Positions 1 to 9,177 of a stretch of 64,000 bases of DNA are shown in pieces; position 1 is the stretch's first letter; every line of letters starts with the position of its first letter. Position numbers and translations under genes: made by a program. Below the pieces are notes generated by a model. That model searched no databases. It saw nothing but the letters and a program-made list of their open reading frames with translations, and had not been told where the DNA came from. The stretch is from positions 72,542 to 136,541 of the forward strand of contig JAZDJN010000095.1 in the NCBI GenBank assembly GCA_043803945.1, written 5' to 3'. Source of the DNA: a bacterium (GTDB lineage: Bacteria; Bacteroidota; Ignavibacteria; UBA10030).

Positions 1-642
1 ACCATCGATGGCTCGAATAAGGCCTTCCGCTACAATTGTTCTCGCTTGGAGGGCCGCACGATGAGGATCTGTAATTAAAGAATCCAGATGGATACGCGGT
101 CGGAGAGAACCGTCCGGTTCGTAAATCCGATCTGCAAAAGCTTCGCCGATGACGCGAAAACCGCGATCATTCCAAACCTCAAGCATTAACGAATCCGCCA
201 ATCCTACCAGTGTAAGGGAGCAACCTAGTCTCTCTACCCCTCTAGCAATCGCGGCGGCAACGGCAGCGTCTTTTGCGGCGGTATTATAGAGCGCTCCATG
301 CGGCTTTACATGGACAACGCTCTGACCGCATGAAGCCGCGATATTCAAGAGTTCGCCAACCTGCTCAAAGACACACTGCTCGATCTGTTCAACCGGTAAC
401 GCTATAGCAATCCTGCCGAAGCCATCTTTGTCCGGATATCCTGGATGAGCCCCGATAGAAACTTGATAGCTTGCGCAGAGCTGGACGACCTTGCGCATCG
501 AGTTCGGATCACCGGCATGGCCTCCGCATGCGATGTTTGCCGATGAGATTAATTTGATAAGAGCTTCCTCCGAACCATCTGCCAGCGCTTCCGGCCTCTC
601 GCCGACATCGGCATTAAGATCGATATGGGTGTGGAATATCAT
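1..642 (-). CDS. pxpA: 5-oxoprolinase subunit A (LamB/YcsF family), truncated by window edge
   Basis: Manual translation from ATG at 642: MIFHTHIDLNADVGE...ISSANIACGGHAGDP...HVKPHGALYN, LamB/YcsF motifs; lies downstream of pxpB/pxpC. Confidence 0.9.
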   Translation of the reverse strand, partial: MIFHTHIDLNADVGERPEALADGSEEALIKLISSANIACGGHAGDPNSMRKVVQLCASYQVSIGAHPGYPDKDGFGRIAIALPVEQIEQCVFEQVGELLNIAASCGQSVVHVKPHGALYNTAAKDAAVAAAIARGVERLGCSLTLVGLADSLMLEVWNDRGFRVIGEAFADRIYEPDGSLRPRIHLDSLITDPHRAALQARTIVAEGLIRAIDG

Positions 643-660
643 TCCTGCCTCAACGAGAAA

Positions 661-1902
661 TTATTTTAATTCCATTCCTTTTGTTTCTGGGAGTAAGAAC
701 ATGAGGAGCGCTCCCGCCAGAAAGAAAGCAGACGTTAAAGCAAGCGCACTGCCAAGGCCATGCTGATCGGCGAGCGCTCCAATCGTATAAGGTGCTGCGG
801 CGCTGATCCCTCTGCCGATATTGTAAGTGAGGCCCTGTGCCGTACCGCGAATATGAGTGGGGAAGAGTTCGGCTAACATCGCACCGAATACACTGAAATA
901 TCCATGCCCGAAGAAACCGATAAAGGGACCAAGCAAAAGAAGCAGAACTTCGTAGCGCGCCATCTGGCCGTACACCGGAACGAGGAGCCCGGCGATAAAT
1001 AAAAAGAAAACAAAAACAGGCCTCCGTCCGAACCGATCCGCAAGAAAACCAAACAGGACATATCCGAAAAACGCCCCAATTTGCATGGGAATAATCCACG
1101 ATGAGCTTTTCACAATGCCAAGACCAGCGCCGCCCTGGCTAAGAGGCTGGGCAAGAAATGAGGGCATCCATGTGAACAATCCCCAGTAGGCGAATAGTAC
1201 GCATGTTGTAATTGCAGATGCAAGAAGCGTCGTTTTGATCATTGGAGATTTGAACGCTTCCCTGAAAGGAGAAAGCAGGGAAACGGCATGAGATTTCTGT
1301 TGCCGTCTCCACAGCTCCGGCTCGGGAATGTTTTTTCGAATCCAGAGAGTGAAAAAGGCGGGAAGAATACCAAAGAGGAACAGAGCTCTCCAGCCAAATA
1401 GTGGAAGAGTCAACGCGGCAAGAACGGCGGCAGCAATGTACCCAAGAGCCCAGCCGGACTGCATAAATCCAATAGCCTTGCCTCTGTGTTGTGCCGGCCA
1501 GGTCTCTGAGACGAGTACAGATCCCGCGGACCACTCACCCCCCATGCCTATACCAACAAGCAAGCGCCACAGGATAAGTTCTGCCACCGAAGAAGCTGTT
1601 GCCGTCAACGCTGTAAACAAAGAATAAAATAAAATAGAAAGCATCAAAGTGCGTGCCCGCCCAATTCGATCGGCAAGAATCCCCATCAGCACACCGCCAA
1701 GAGCGGAAGAAACAAGAGTAATTGAAGCAAGCGCTCCAGCCTCAGCAGAAGATAATCCAAACTCCGCCTGAATAGCATTCAGGGCAAAAGCATAAAACAT
1801 TACATCCATGGCATCCAGCATCCAGCCGCATTGCGCAGCAAAGAGCACCCGCCACTGTAACGGAGAAATCGTTGAGTACCAGCGATGTGAAGGACTATCC
1901 AT
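661..1902 (-). CDS. MFS transporter (aromatic acid/sialate-type), in pxp operon
   Basis: About 12 hydrophobic segments, GILADRIGR motif A, GGEW motif; probable start MDSPSHR at 1902 overlapping the pxpC stop. Confidence 0.9.
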   Translation of the reverse strand: MDSPSHRWYSTISPLQWRVLFAAQCGWMLDAMDVMFYAFALNAIQAEFGLSSAEAGALASITLVSSALGGVLMGILADRIGRARTLMLSILFYSLFTALTATASSVAELILWRLLVGIGMGGEWSAGSVLVSETWPAQHRGKAIGFMQSGWALGYIAAAVLAALTLPLFGWRALFLFGILPAFFTLWIRKNIPEPELWRRQQKSHAVSLLSPFREAFKSPMIKTTLLASAITTCVLFAYWGLFTWMPSFLAQPLSQGGAGLGIVKSSSWIIPMQIGAFFGYVLFGFLADRFGRRPVFVFFLFIAGLLVPVYGQMARYEVLLLLLGPFIGFFGHGYFSVFGAMLAELFPTHIRGTAQGLTYNIGRGISAAAPYTIGALADQHGLGSALALTSAFFLAGALLMFLLPETKGMELK

Positions 1903-2842
1903 GGTAAGGGATGAGAGAGAGTGGATTGATGAGAGAATGAAGTTCCTTTGCAAGGCGCACCGCTGTCTCGATCTCTACAAATTCAAACGAGACACAGTCT
2001 CGCGGGCGCAGTTGTCCGATGGCATGAAAATCTGCTGAAATCACATTGGCGATTTTTGGATATCCGCCGGTGGTTTGATGCTCTACGAAGAGGATTATTG
2101 GTTGGCCGCCATGCGGAATCTGAACAGCACCAAGCGGAACACCCTCGGTGATAATTTCTTTCTTGTTTGCTTGAACGAGAGGCTCGCCAATAAGCCGAAT
2201 TCCCATGCGGTTTGATTCTTCAGAAACCTCATACTCCGAATCGCATAGCATGGAAAACGATGATTTCGGGAAGAGGTTTGCATGAGAAGAACGAGTGAGG
2301 CGAACGACATCTCTCTTCAGCGAAAGGAGTAAATTTTCTGACACTCGTTTGGGTAAAAATGCTTCGTTCGGGACGGGCATAAGAGTAAGAACATCTCCTT
2401 TTCTCAGTGAACGTCCCCAATAACCGCCGAGACCAGTTGTCAGGTGTGTCGATACGCTTCCAAGGACGAGGGGCACCTCGATCCCCCCACGAATTGAAAG
2501 GTAACACCGCGCACCCGAACGCGTGGCTTTAAATGATAACAATTGACCGGCACGTACTTCAAGGGAAGTCCACAAAGGAACAGCAACTCCATCAAGGTCA
2601 GGTTGAAAATCAGATCCCGTAATGGCAACGATCGAGTTTCCTTCAAAGCGCAAGATTGTTCCAACAAGCGTCATCTCCAAAGCCGGAGTCTGCTCTGGGT
2701 TTCCAACGAGGAGGTTACCCAACCGAAGCGAGACAGCATCTGCAGCTCCGCTTGCGGAAACACCGAGATGTGCATATCCATACCTGCCGAGATCCTGCAC
2801 GGTTGTTTGAAATCCTGGCGATATCACATGAAGAAGAGGCAT
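1895..2842 (-). CDS. pxpC: 5-oxoprolinase subunit C (allophanate hydrolase subunit 2-like)
   Basis: TTVQDLGR, SNRMGIRL and QTTGGYPKIA motifs. Confidence 0.92.
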   Translation of the reverse strand: MPLLHVISPGFQTTVQDLGRYGYAHLGVSASGAADAVSLRLGNLLVGNPEQTPALEMTLVGTILRFEGNSIVAITGSDFQPDLDGVAVPLWTSLEVRAGQLLSFKATRSGARCYLSIRGGIEVPLVLGSVSTHLTTGLGGYWGRSLRKGDVLTLMPVPNEAFLPKRVSENLLLSLKRDVVRLTRSSHANLFPKSSFSMLCDSEYEVSEESNRMGIRLIGEPLVQANKKEIITEGVPLGAVQIPHGGQPIILFVEHQTTGGYPKIANVISADFHAIGQLRPRDCVSFEFVEIETAVRLAKELHSLINPLSLIPYHG

Positions 2843-2851
2843 CAGGAAGTT

Positions 2852-3556
2852 TTATTGAGAATGTTGTTGGAGAACTAGAAACTCATCTTTCGAGATGGGT
2901 CGAAATGTTACAAGGTCACCCATTTCCAAGAATGTCGGAGGTGTATGCTCGGGATTGAACAGCGGTAATGGTGTACGACCGATAATTCTCCAACCCCCGG
3001 GAGACGAACAAGGGTAAATGCCTGTTTGCGATCCCCCAATGGCAACACTTCCTGCCGGCACCTTCAATCGCGGTGATGATAAGCGGGGCACAAATAATTG
3101 TTGCGGCATTTCACCGAGGTACGGAAAGCCTGGTGAAAAACCAAGGAAATAGACTAAATACTCAACCGAAGTATGAATCCGAACGACCTCCTCAATGGTC
3201 AGTCCAGTATAAGCCAAAACATCATCCAGATCGGGACCGAACTCTTTACCATAGCAAACAGGAATCTCTTTCCGCGGTTGAACCGTTGTTGCGGAGTGTT
3301 CGATGTCATGAAAAATTGTATAAACATGATGGAGTAATTTTTGGGCAGAGATTATTATGGGATCGAAAGAGAGAAGGACAGCATTGTACGATGGATGCAC
3401 ATTCTGGACGCCCGTTATCTTACGAGATGAGACTTCGCGGCAAAACGCAGCCACACGGGAATGAAGTTCACGGGTAATATCGGTGCCGAAGGATATCCGG
3501 AGCGAAGAATCACTCGATCGTGAAACACTTGGATGGTATAATCTTTTCGATTGCAT
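2852..3556 (-). CDS. pxpB: 5-oxoprolinase subunit B (KipI-like)
   Basis: IPVCYG..GPDL, GFSPGFPYL and SPGGWRIIGRTP motifs. Confidence 0.92.
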   Translation of the reverse strand: MQSKRLYHPSVSRSSDSSLRISFGTDITRELHSRVAAFCREVSSRKITGVQNVHPSYNAVLLSFDPIIISAQKLLHHVYTIFHDIEHSATTVQPRKEIPVCYGKEFGPDLDDVLAYTGLTIEEVVRIHTSVEYLVYFLGFSPGFPYLGEMPQQLFVPRLSSPRLKVPAGSVAIGGSQTGIYPCSSPGGWRIIGRTPLPLFNPEHTPPTFLEMGDLVTFRPISKDEFLVLQQHSQ

Positions 3557-3650
3557 GGAGGAGCAGCGCCTCGCTCGACAATAAGGTTTTTTAGTCGGGG
3601 AATCAATAAGAAGGACTTGTTAACGGTAAAGGGGAACAGTTTTCCCCGCC

Positions 3651-3679
3651 TTGCTTCTCCTGCCATTTGTGCCTATATT
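3651..3679 (+). promoter_or_regulatory. Putative sigma70 promoter for lon
   Basis: TTGCTT-17 nt-TATATT, about 80 nt upstream of the lon ATG. Confidence 0.4.
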
Positions 3680-3692
3680 GACATCGAAATTC

Positions 3693-3733
3693 GGTGGGTG
3701 TGTCTCCAGCAAGACACGCCCGCTTTTTGTTTT
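3693..3733 (+). terminator. Terminator-like hairpin in the lon leader
   Basis: GGTGGGTGTGTCT-CCAGCA-AGACACGCCCGC followed by TTTTTGTTTT. Confidence 0.45.
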
Positions 3734-3760
3734 GGTGAATAACGAAGCATTCAAACGACC

Positions 3761-6142
3761 ATGAGCGAAGAAAACATTAAACCGGCTGAAAGCCATATCG
3801 AAACACTGGACACCATCCCGACTGTATTGCCCGTCCTTGCACTACGCGACGTTGTTGTCTTTCCTTATATGATTTTTCCGGTGCTTGTCGGCAGGGAGAG
3901 CTCGCTGCGCGCCGCCAACGAGGCGATAGAACGCGGGAAGAACATCTTCCTTGTCGCCCAGAAGAATCCTGCCGTTGATGAACCAACACAGGAAGACGTG
4001 TACCACCAGGGGACAGTGGCAAAGATTATTCAGATGCTGAAGCTGCCGAACGGCCTCATGAAAATTCTCGTTGATGGCACAGTGCAAGCAAGCGTGAAAC
4101 GGTTTCTACCGACACAGGCTTATCTTGAGGCGGAAATTATCATTCATCGAACCGATCCATTGCCCGGCCATGAAATCGATGCGCTGTTGCGACATACCTC
4201 GACGCTCTTTATAGAATATGTGAAACTTAACAGGAATGTGCCCCCTGAAGTCATCATGTCGTTCGACGGCATAAAGGAGCCTCAGCGAAAACTCTATTAT
4301 ATGGCGTCGAACCTTGTGCAAAGCGTAGACGTCAAACAAAGAATAATACAAACCGTGCATTTGCGGGAACAGCTCTACGAACTTTCAAAGATTCTGAACA
4401 CCGAAATCGACATTCTTAAGATAGAGCGGGAAATCGACACAAAAGTACAGGACAACATTCAGAAGTCCCAGCGTAAGTATTTCATTCAGGAACAGATCCG
4501 GGTTCTCCAGGATGAGCTGGGCGACGACGAAGCATCGCCCGAGCTGACTAAATTGAAAGAGGAAATTGAACAGGCAAAAATGTCGAAGGAAGCGGAAACC
4601 AAAGCGATGGAGGAGTTCAACAAGCTGAGGAAGACTCCACCGATGTCACCGGAGTTTACCGTCATTCGCAATTACCTCGATTGGATGACCCATGTGCCCT
4701 GGACAAAACGCACGAAGGACAACCTGGATGTCGAGCACGTCAAGACCATTCTTGATGAGGACCATTTTGGCCTGGAGAAGCCGAAGGATCGGATTCTTGA
4801 GCACATTGCCGTTCTCAACCTTGTGAAGGAAATGAAGGGACAAATTCTTTGCTTTGTTGGCCCGCCGGGTGTTGGAAAGACGTCGCTGGCAAAATCAATT
4901 TCCCGCGCCCTGGGCAGAAAATTTGTGCGCATTTCTCTTGGCGGCGTGCGCGATGAGGCTGAAATTCGGGGGCATCGGCGGACCTATATCGGATCGATGC
5001 CGGGGAAAATCATACAATCCATGAAGAGGGCGGGCGTCGTCAATCCTGTGATGCTCATGGACGAAGTCGATAAGATGAGCATGGATTTTCGCGGCGATCC
5101 TTCTGCGGCATTGCTCGAGGTACTCGACCCGGAGCAAAACTGCACCTTCAGTGATCATTATCTTGATATCGATTATGACCTTTCGAAGGTGATGTTTATT
5201 ACCACAGCGAATATCCGCTACGCGATTCCACTTCCGCTCCAGGATCGCATGGAGATCATAGAACTCTCGGGCTATCTTGATCATGACAAGAGAGAAATAG
5301 CAAAGCGGCACATCATCTCGAAACAGCTCGGCGAGCATGGATTAAATGGGAAAATGCTTCGCTTTCAGGATGAGGCGATTGACAGGATCATCAATGAATA
5401 CACCCGTGAAGCGGGCGTCAGAAACCTTGAACGGGAAATTGCTTCTGTATGCCGTAAAGCCGCAAAGGAGATCGTTACACAGAAACGCGCAAAACGAATC
5501 AAGAGCACGCGATCAATCGAGGTGACAAAAGAAAAAATTGAGCAGTATCTTGGTGTGCCGAAGTTTAGGAAGAAATCGGCGGAGAAAGAACGCCGCGTGG
5601 GATCGGTTGTTGGTCTGGCATGGACAAGTGTCGGCGGCGAAATCCTCAATGTCGATGTGACCATGATGCGCGGCTCAGAAAAACTGACACTGACCGGACA
5701 ACTGGGTGACGTCATGAAAGAGTCTGCCCAGGCGGCATTGAGCTACATTCGTTCTAACGCGAAAAAATTTAAGATCGATCCGGATTTTTCAAAAGGGAAA
5801 GAAATTCATATTCATCTTCCTGAAGGAGCGATTCCAAAAGACGGGCCCTCGGCAGGCATCACCATGGCGATGGCGATTATTTCTGTTGCCAGCGCACGGT
5901 CCGCCCGCAACGATGTTGCCATGACGGGAGAAATTACCCTGCGGGGAAGCGTTCTTCCCATTGGAGGACTTAACGAAAAACTTCTCGCGGCGCAGCGAAG
6001 CGGTATTAAAACGGTCATTATCCCGAAGGAGAATGTTAAAGACCTTGCAGAGATCCCGGCACGGGTTAAGGAAGGGCTGAACATTGTTCCGGTAGAGACG
6101 ATAGAAGAAGCGGCGAACCATGTTTTCGATAAAAGAAAATAA
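3761..6142 (+). CDS. lon: ATP-dependent protease La
   Basis: Lon N-domain, Walker A GPPGVGKT, RRTYIGSMPG, catalytic PKDGPSAG. Confidence 0.98.
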   Translation: MSEENIKPAESHIETLDTIPTVLPVLALRDVVVFPYMIFPVLVGRESSLRAANEAIERGKNIFLVAQKNPAVDEPTQEDVYHQGTVAKIIQMLKLPNGLMKILVDGTVQASVKRFLPTQAYLEAEIIIHRTDPLPGHEIDALLRHTSTLFIEYVKLNRNVPPEVIMSFDGIKEPQRKLYYMASNLVQSVDVKQRIIQTVHLREQLYELSKILNTEIDILKIEREIDTKVQDNIQKSQRKYFIQEQIRVLQDELGDDEASPELTKLKEEIEQAKMSKEAETKAMEEFNKLRKTPPMSPEFTVIRNYLDWMTHVPWTKRTKDNLDVEHVKTILDEDHFGLEKPKDRILEHIAVLNLVKEMKGQILCFVGPPGVGKTSLAKSISRALGRKFVRISLGGVRDEAEIRGHRRTYIGSMPGKIIQSMKRAGVVNPVMLMDEVDKMSMDFRGDPSAALLEVLDPEQNCTFSDHYLDIDYDLSKVMFITTANIRYAIPLPLQDRMEIIELSGYLDHDKREIAKRHIISKQLGEHGLNGKMLRFQDEAIDRIINEYTREAGVRNLEREIASVCRKAAKEIVTQKRAKRIKSTRSIEVTKEKIEQYLGVPKFRKKSAEKERRVGSVVGLAWTSVGGEILNVDVTMMRGSEKLTLTGQLGDVMKESAQAALSYIRSNAKKFKIDPDFSKGKEIHIHLPEGAIPKDGPSAGITMAMAIISVASARSARNDVAMTGEITLRGSVLPIGGLNEKLLAAQRSGIKTVIIPKENVKDLAEIPARVKEGLNIVPVETIEEAANHVFDKRK

Positions 6143-6296
6143 CCGCGTGGCCGAAGTGCACCGAGAACATGTGTTAACAGTAACGGAGAAAGAGTAACAT
6201 TTCAGGTTTATTTTTCACAGCGTTTCGATTCTTGTTCCTGCGTAAGATGAGTAAACAACCAATGAACCCTCGTGTTCCTGGCGCGCTTGGCGGTTC
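6141..6296. repeat. Degenerate intergenic element with inverted periodic arms
   Basis: Left arm AACCGCGTGGCCGAAGTGCACCGAGAAC; right arm GTTCCTGGCGCGCTTGGCGGTT (rc AACCGCCAAGCGCGCCAGGAAC). Confidence 0.4.
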
Positions 6297-6388
6297 AGAT
6301 TTTATTCAGAGAGCTTCAATCGTTTCTTTTGTGTAGCACAAGTTATTAACTTTTATCTTTCCAATTTCCTTGTTACTTTCATAATAGC

Positions 6389-8242
6389 ATGTCCTATCAG
6401 GTTACAGCACGAAAATGGCGACCGACAATCTTTGAAGAAGTTGTCGGTCAAACGCATGTCACAAGCACGCTCCGTAACGCGATTGCCTCCAATCGCCTTG
6501 CCCATGCGTACATCTTCAGCGGTGCACGCGGCTGCGGAAAGACAACAACAGCCCGCATCCTGGCAAAGGCCATCAACTGTCTCTCGCCAAAAGAATTCAA
6601 TCCCGACAATACATGTGAAATTTGCCAGGAGATCACCGCAGGCAGAAACCTCGATGTGATCGAAATTGACGGAGCCTCCAACAGAGGTGTGGAAGAAATT
6701 CGGAATCTTCGCGAGTCGGTCCGGTATACGCCGACACGCGGAACCTACAAAGTCTACATCATCGACGAAGTGCACATGTTAACAAAGGAAGCCTTCAACG
6801 CACTTCTCAAAACGCTCGAAGAACCCCCCGCCCACGTCATCTTTATTTTTGCGACAACAGAAGTTCACAAGATACCAATGACCATTTTGTCGAGATGTCA
6901 ACGCTTCGACTTCCGCCGCATCTCCATAGAAGAAATTATTGCCCGCCTGCGGTTTATTGCCAAGGAAGAGCAGGTAACCATCGACGATAACGCACTGGTC
7001 ATTATTGCGAAGAAGGGGGACGGATCACTCCGCGACGCGCAGAGCATTTTCGACCAGATTCGTTCATTCTGTGGTAACACTATCGCCGCTGCCGATGTGT
7101 TGAAAGTGTTGAATGTTGTTGATCAGGAATTGTTCTTCCGTGTCACAGAGATGATTCGCTCGGGCAATGTAAGGGGCGGCATCGAACTGGTCGATGAACT
7201 TGTCCGGCATGGGTACGATCTGCGGGAATTTCTCAGCGGACTCTCGGAACACTTGAGAAATATTCTTGTCGTCATGACGACAGAATCGACACAGCTTGTT
7301 GAGGCATCGGAGGTGTACCGGAAGAGATACAGCGATGAATCGAAACAGTTTCAGCAAAGCGATGTTCTCCGGCTTATAAAACTGGTGAATGACCTGGAAC
7401 AAGCAATTCGCTGGGCTCCACAGCCGCGCTTTAAGTTGGAAGTGGGCATTCTCCAAATGATTAAACTCGATCGGGCTGTGCAACTAGATCGGTTGATCAA
7501 ACAAATTGAGGAGATGAAAAAGAAACTTGACGGAGCACCAGTCGGGTCCGCAATACATCAACCCACCATGGCACCACCTCTTCCCGAGAAAACGAAAAAA
7601 CCAGACGTGCCGCCGCCGATCCTTTCCGGAAGCAGCGAACAGCAAAACGACAACGGCACAAGGGAGATCAAGGTTCTTGGGAAAGTCAGTGCGGGAACCC
7701 TCAGTAGCACTGCCGCTATTCGGTTATCAGCAAAAAGCGAGACACCTTCCCCTGTAATCGAAAAAGAGATGGTAAAACTATCGTTACTTGCAGGCGGAGC
7801 AGGAGAAATTCAGAGCAGTCGCGAGAATGGCAGGCCGATATCACCCGAACAGGCCAATGAACAGTGGAGCGAATGGATTGGAGAGGTGCGAAGATCAAAA
7901 ATCGGTGTCGGGACAATTTTGAGCGAAAGCCATTTGCTGGAGGTCCGTGACGGAGCATTACACATCGGCTGCCCCGATGACTTCCACTATTCGTCGCTTA
8001 AGCGGAACAAGGATTTTCTCGTCGATGCGTTTGAGCGTGTTACCGGATTTAAGGTTCGCATTGAGCCGGTGATGCATAAGATCGAGAAGAGCGGTAAGAG
8101 GCAAACCTCCAACCTGCGGGAGAACGCAACCCCAGCCCCTGGTGGCAGGGGAGAAGATACCAGGACAACAGGGGTCTCCTCAGAGGATCACCCCGTTATT
8201 ACAGCACTCAAGCGTGAGTTTGGCGCAGATCTGATACGATAG
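6389..8242 (+). CDS. dnaX: DNA polymerase III subunit gamma/tau
   Basis: ARKWRP, GCGKTT, EIDGASN, IIDEVHML and SRCQRF motifs. Confidence 0.97.
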   Translation: MSYQVTARKWRPTIFEEVVGQTHVTSTLRNAIASNRLAHAYIFSGARGCGKTTTARILAKAINCLSPKEFNPDNTCEICQEITAGRNLDVIEIDGASNRGVEEIRNLRESVRYTPTRGTYKVYIIDEVHMLTKEAFNALLKTLEEPPAHVIFIFATTEVHKIPMTILSRCQRFDFRRISIEEIIARLRFIAKEEQVTIDDNALVIIAKKGDGSLRDAQSIFDQIRSFCGNTIAAADVLKVLNVVDQELFFRVTEMIRSGNVRGGIELVDELVRHGYDLREFLSGLSEHLRNILVVMTTESTQLVEASEVYRKRYSDESKQFQQSDVLRLIKLVNDLEQAIRWAPQPRFKLEVGILQMIKLDRAVQLDRLIKQIEEMKKKLDGAPVGSAIHQPTMAPPLPEKTKKPDVPPPILSGSSEQQNDNGTREIKVLGKVSAGTLSSTAAIRLSAKSETPSPVIEKEMVKLSLLAGGAGEIQSSRENGRPISPEQANEQWSEWIGEVRRSKIGVGTILSESHLLEVRDGALHIGCPDDFHYSSLKRNKDFLVDAFERVTGFKVRIEPVMHKIEKSGKRQTSNLRENATPAPGGRGEDTRTTGVSSEDHPVITALKREFGADLIR

Positions 8243-8418
8243 AACACAGCAGCAACAAAACACAATCTCAACTCCTCCCGCAGCAATTCATAGTGATCGG
8301 ACGCCAGACACAAAGCAATAAGAGTATTGTACTATCCTCCAATCCTTTTTACTCGTGAACAACAAAAAATCTTCCTTTGCATTTTTACTAAAAAGGAGCG
8401 AATCTCTTCTTAGATGCT

Positions 8419-9078
8419 ATGGTAAAAATCTCAGACGATCGACATACAGAACCTTTCCCACCTGGGTTTAAGAAGAAGACACTCTTTGCACTACTGCTCT
8501 TAGCGGCAGCAATCGTTTCAACGATTATTCATGAACTCGGACACTGTGTCGCCTACTGGGCGCAGAATATTCCCGCCGCTTTGTCCCTCACTAAAGAATT
8601 TCCTCTCCAAAACATCACAGTGCGAGAATTTGCAATCGGTTCAGCCGGCGGACCAGCAGTAACGATTATCATTACCATCGTCAGCTTCCGGCTCTATGCA
8701 AGAGCAAAGAAAAAAAACAACGGTAAGCAAGTCTTCGCCGCCCTGGTGCTGGCGAATATTTTTTATTTTTTTCTCCGGTCATTGATTGCAGTCAGAAAAA
8801 AGTCTGGCGGAGAGCTCGAACGAGCGGCAAATCTTTTCGGTCAGGACTACCTCTTTACCGTCCTTCTTTTCCTGGGTTTTGCGCTGGTAATTCTTATACT
8901 CTGCATTGGAAAGGAGAGAATCAAACTGTCCTTTATCAATATCGCATTCTTTCTTATACTGTTTATTATCTATGGGATTGGAATGGCCGGGCTTGAGGCT
9001 GTCGACCGGACATTGTTCTGGGAGAAATTTCCAACCATCCAGGTCGACAATGGTTACAAGTATAATGAGCACAAGTAA
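8419..9078 (+). CDS. Membrane protein with HExxH motif, M50-like zinc metallopeptidase
   Basis: Several TM segments, IHELGH, and a downstream SAGGP motif. Confidence 0.55.
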   Translation: MVKISDDRHTEPFPPGFKKKTLFALLLLAAAIVSTIIHELGHCVAYWAQNIPAALSLTKEFPLQNITVREFAIGSAGGPAVTIIITIVSFRLYARAKKKNNGKQVFAALVLANIFYFFLRSLIAVRKKSGGELERAANLFGQDYLFTVLLFLGFALVILILCIGKERIKLSFINIAFFLILFIIYGIGMAGLEAVDRTLFWEKFPTIQVDNGYKYNEHK

Positions 9079-9177
9079 ACAACCGGTGTCACCAATAGTA
9101 TTCCGATGCAGGACTTGACTCCATGGTGTCTTGAAGACAACAGTAAGCAATCAACATACATTCAGCAAGGAACAATT

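Noticed and set aside
6143-6388. SRP RNA upstream of dnaX
   Set aside because: The conserved domain IV motif (CAGG..GRAA..AGCA) was not found on either strand.
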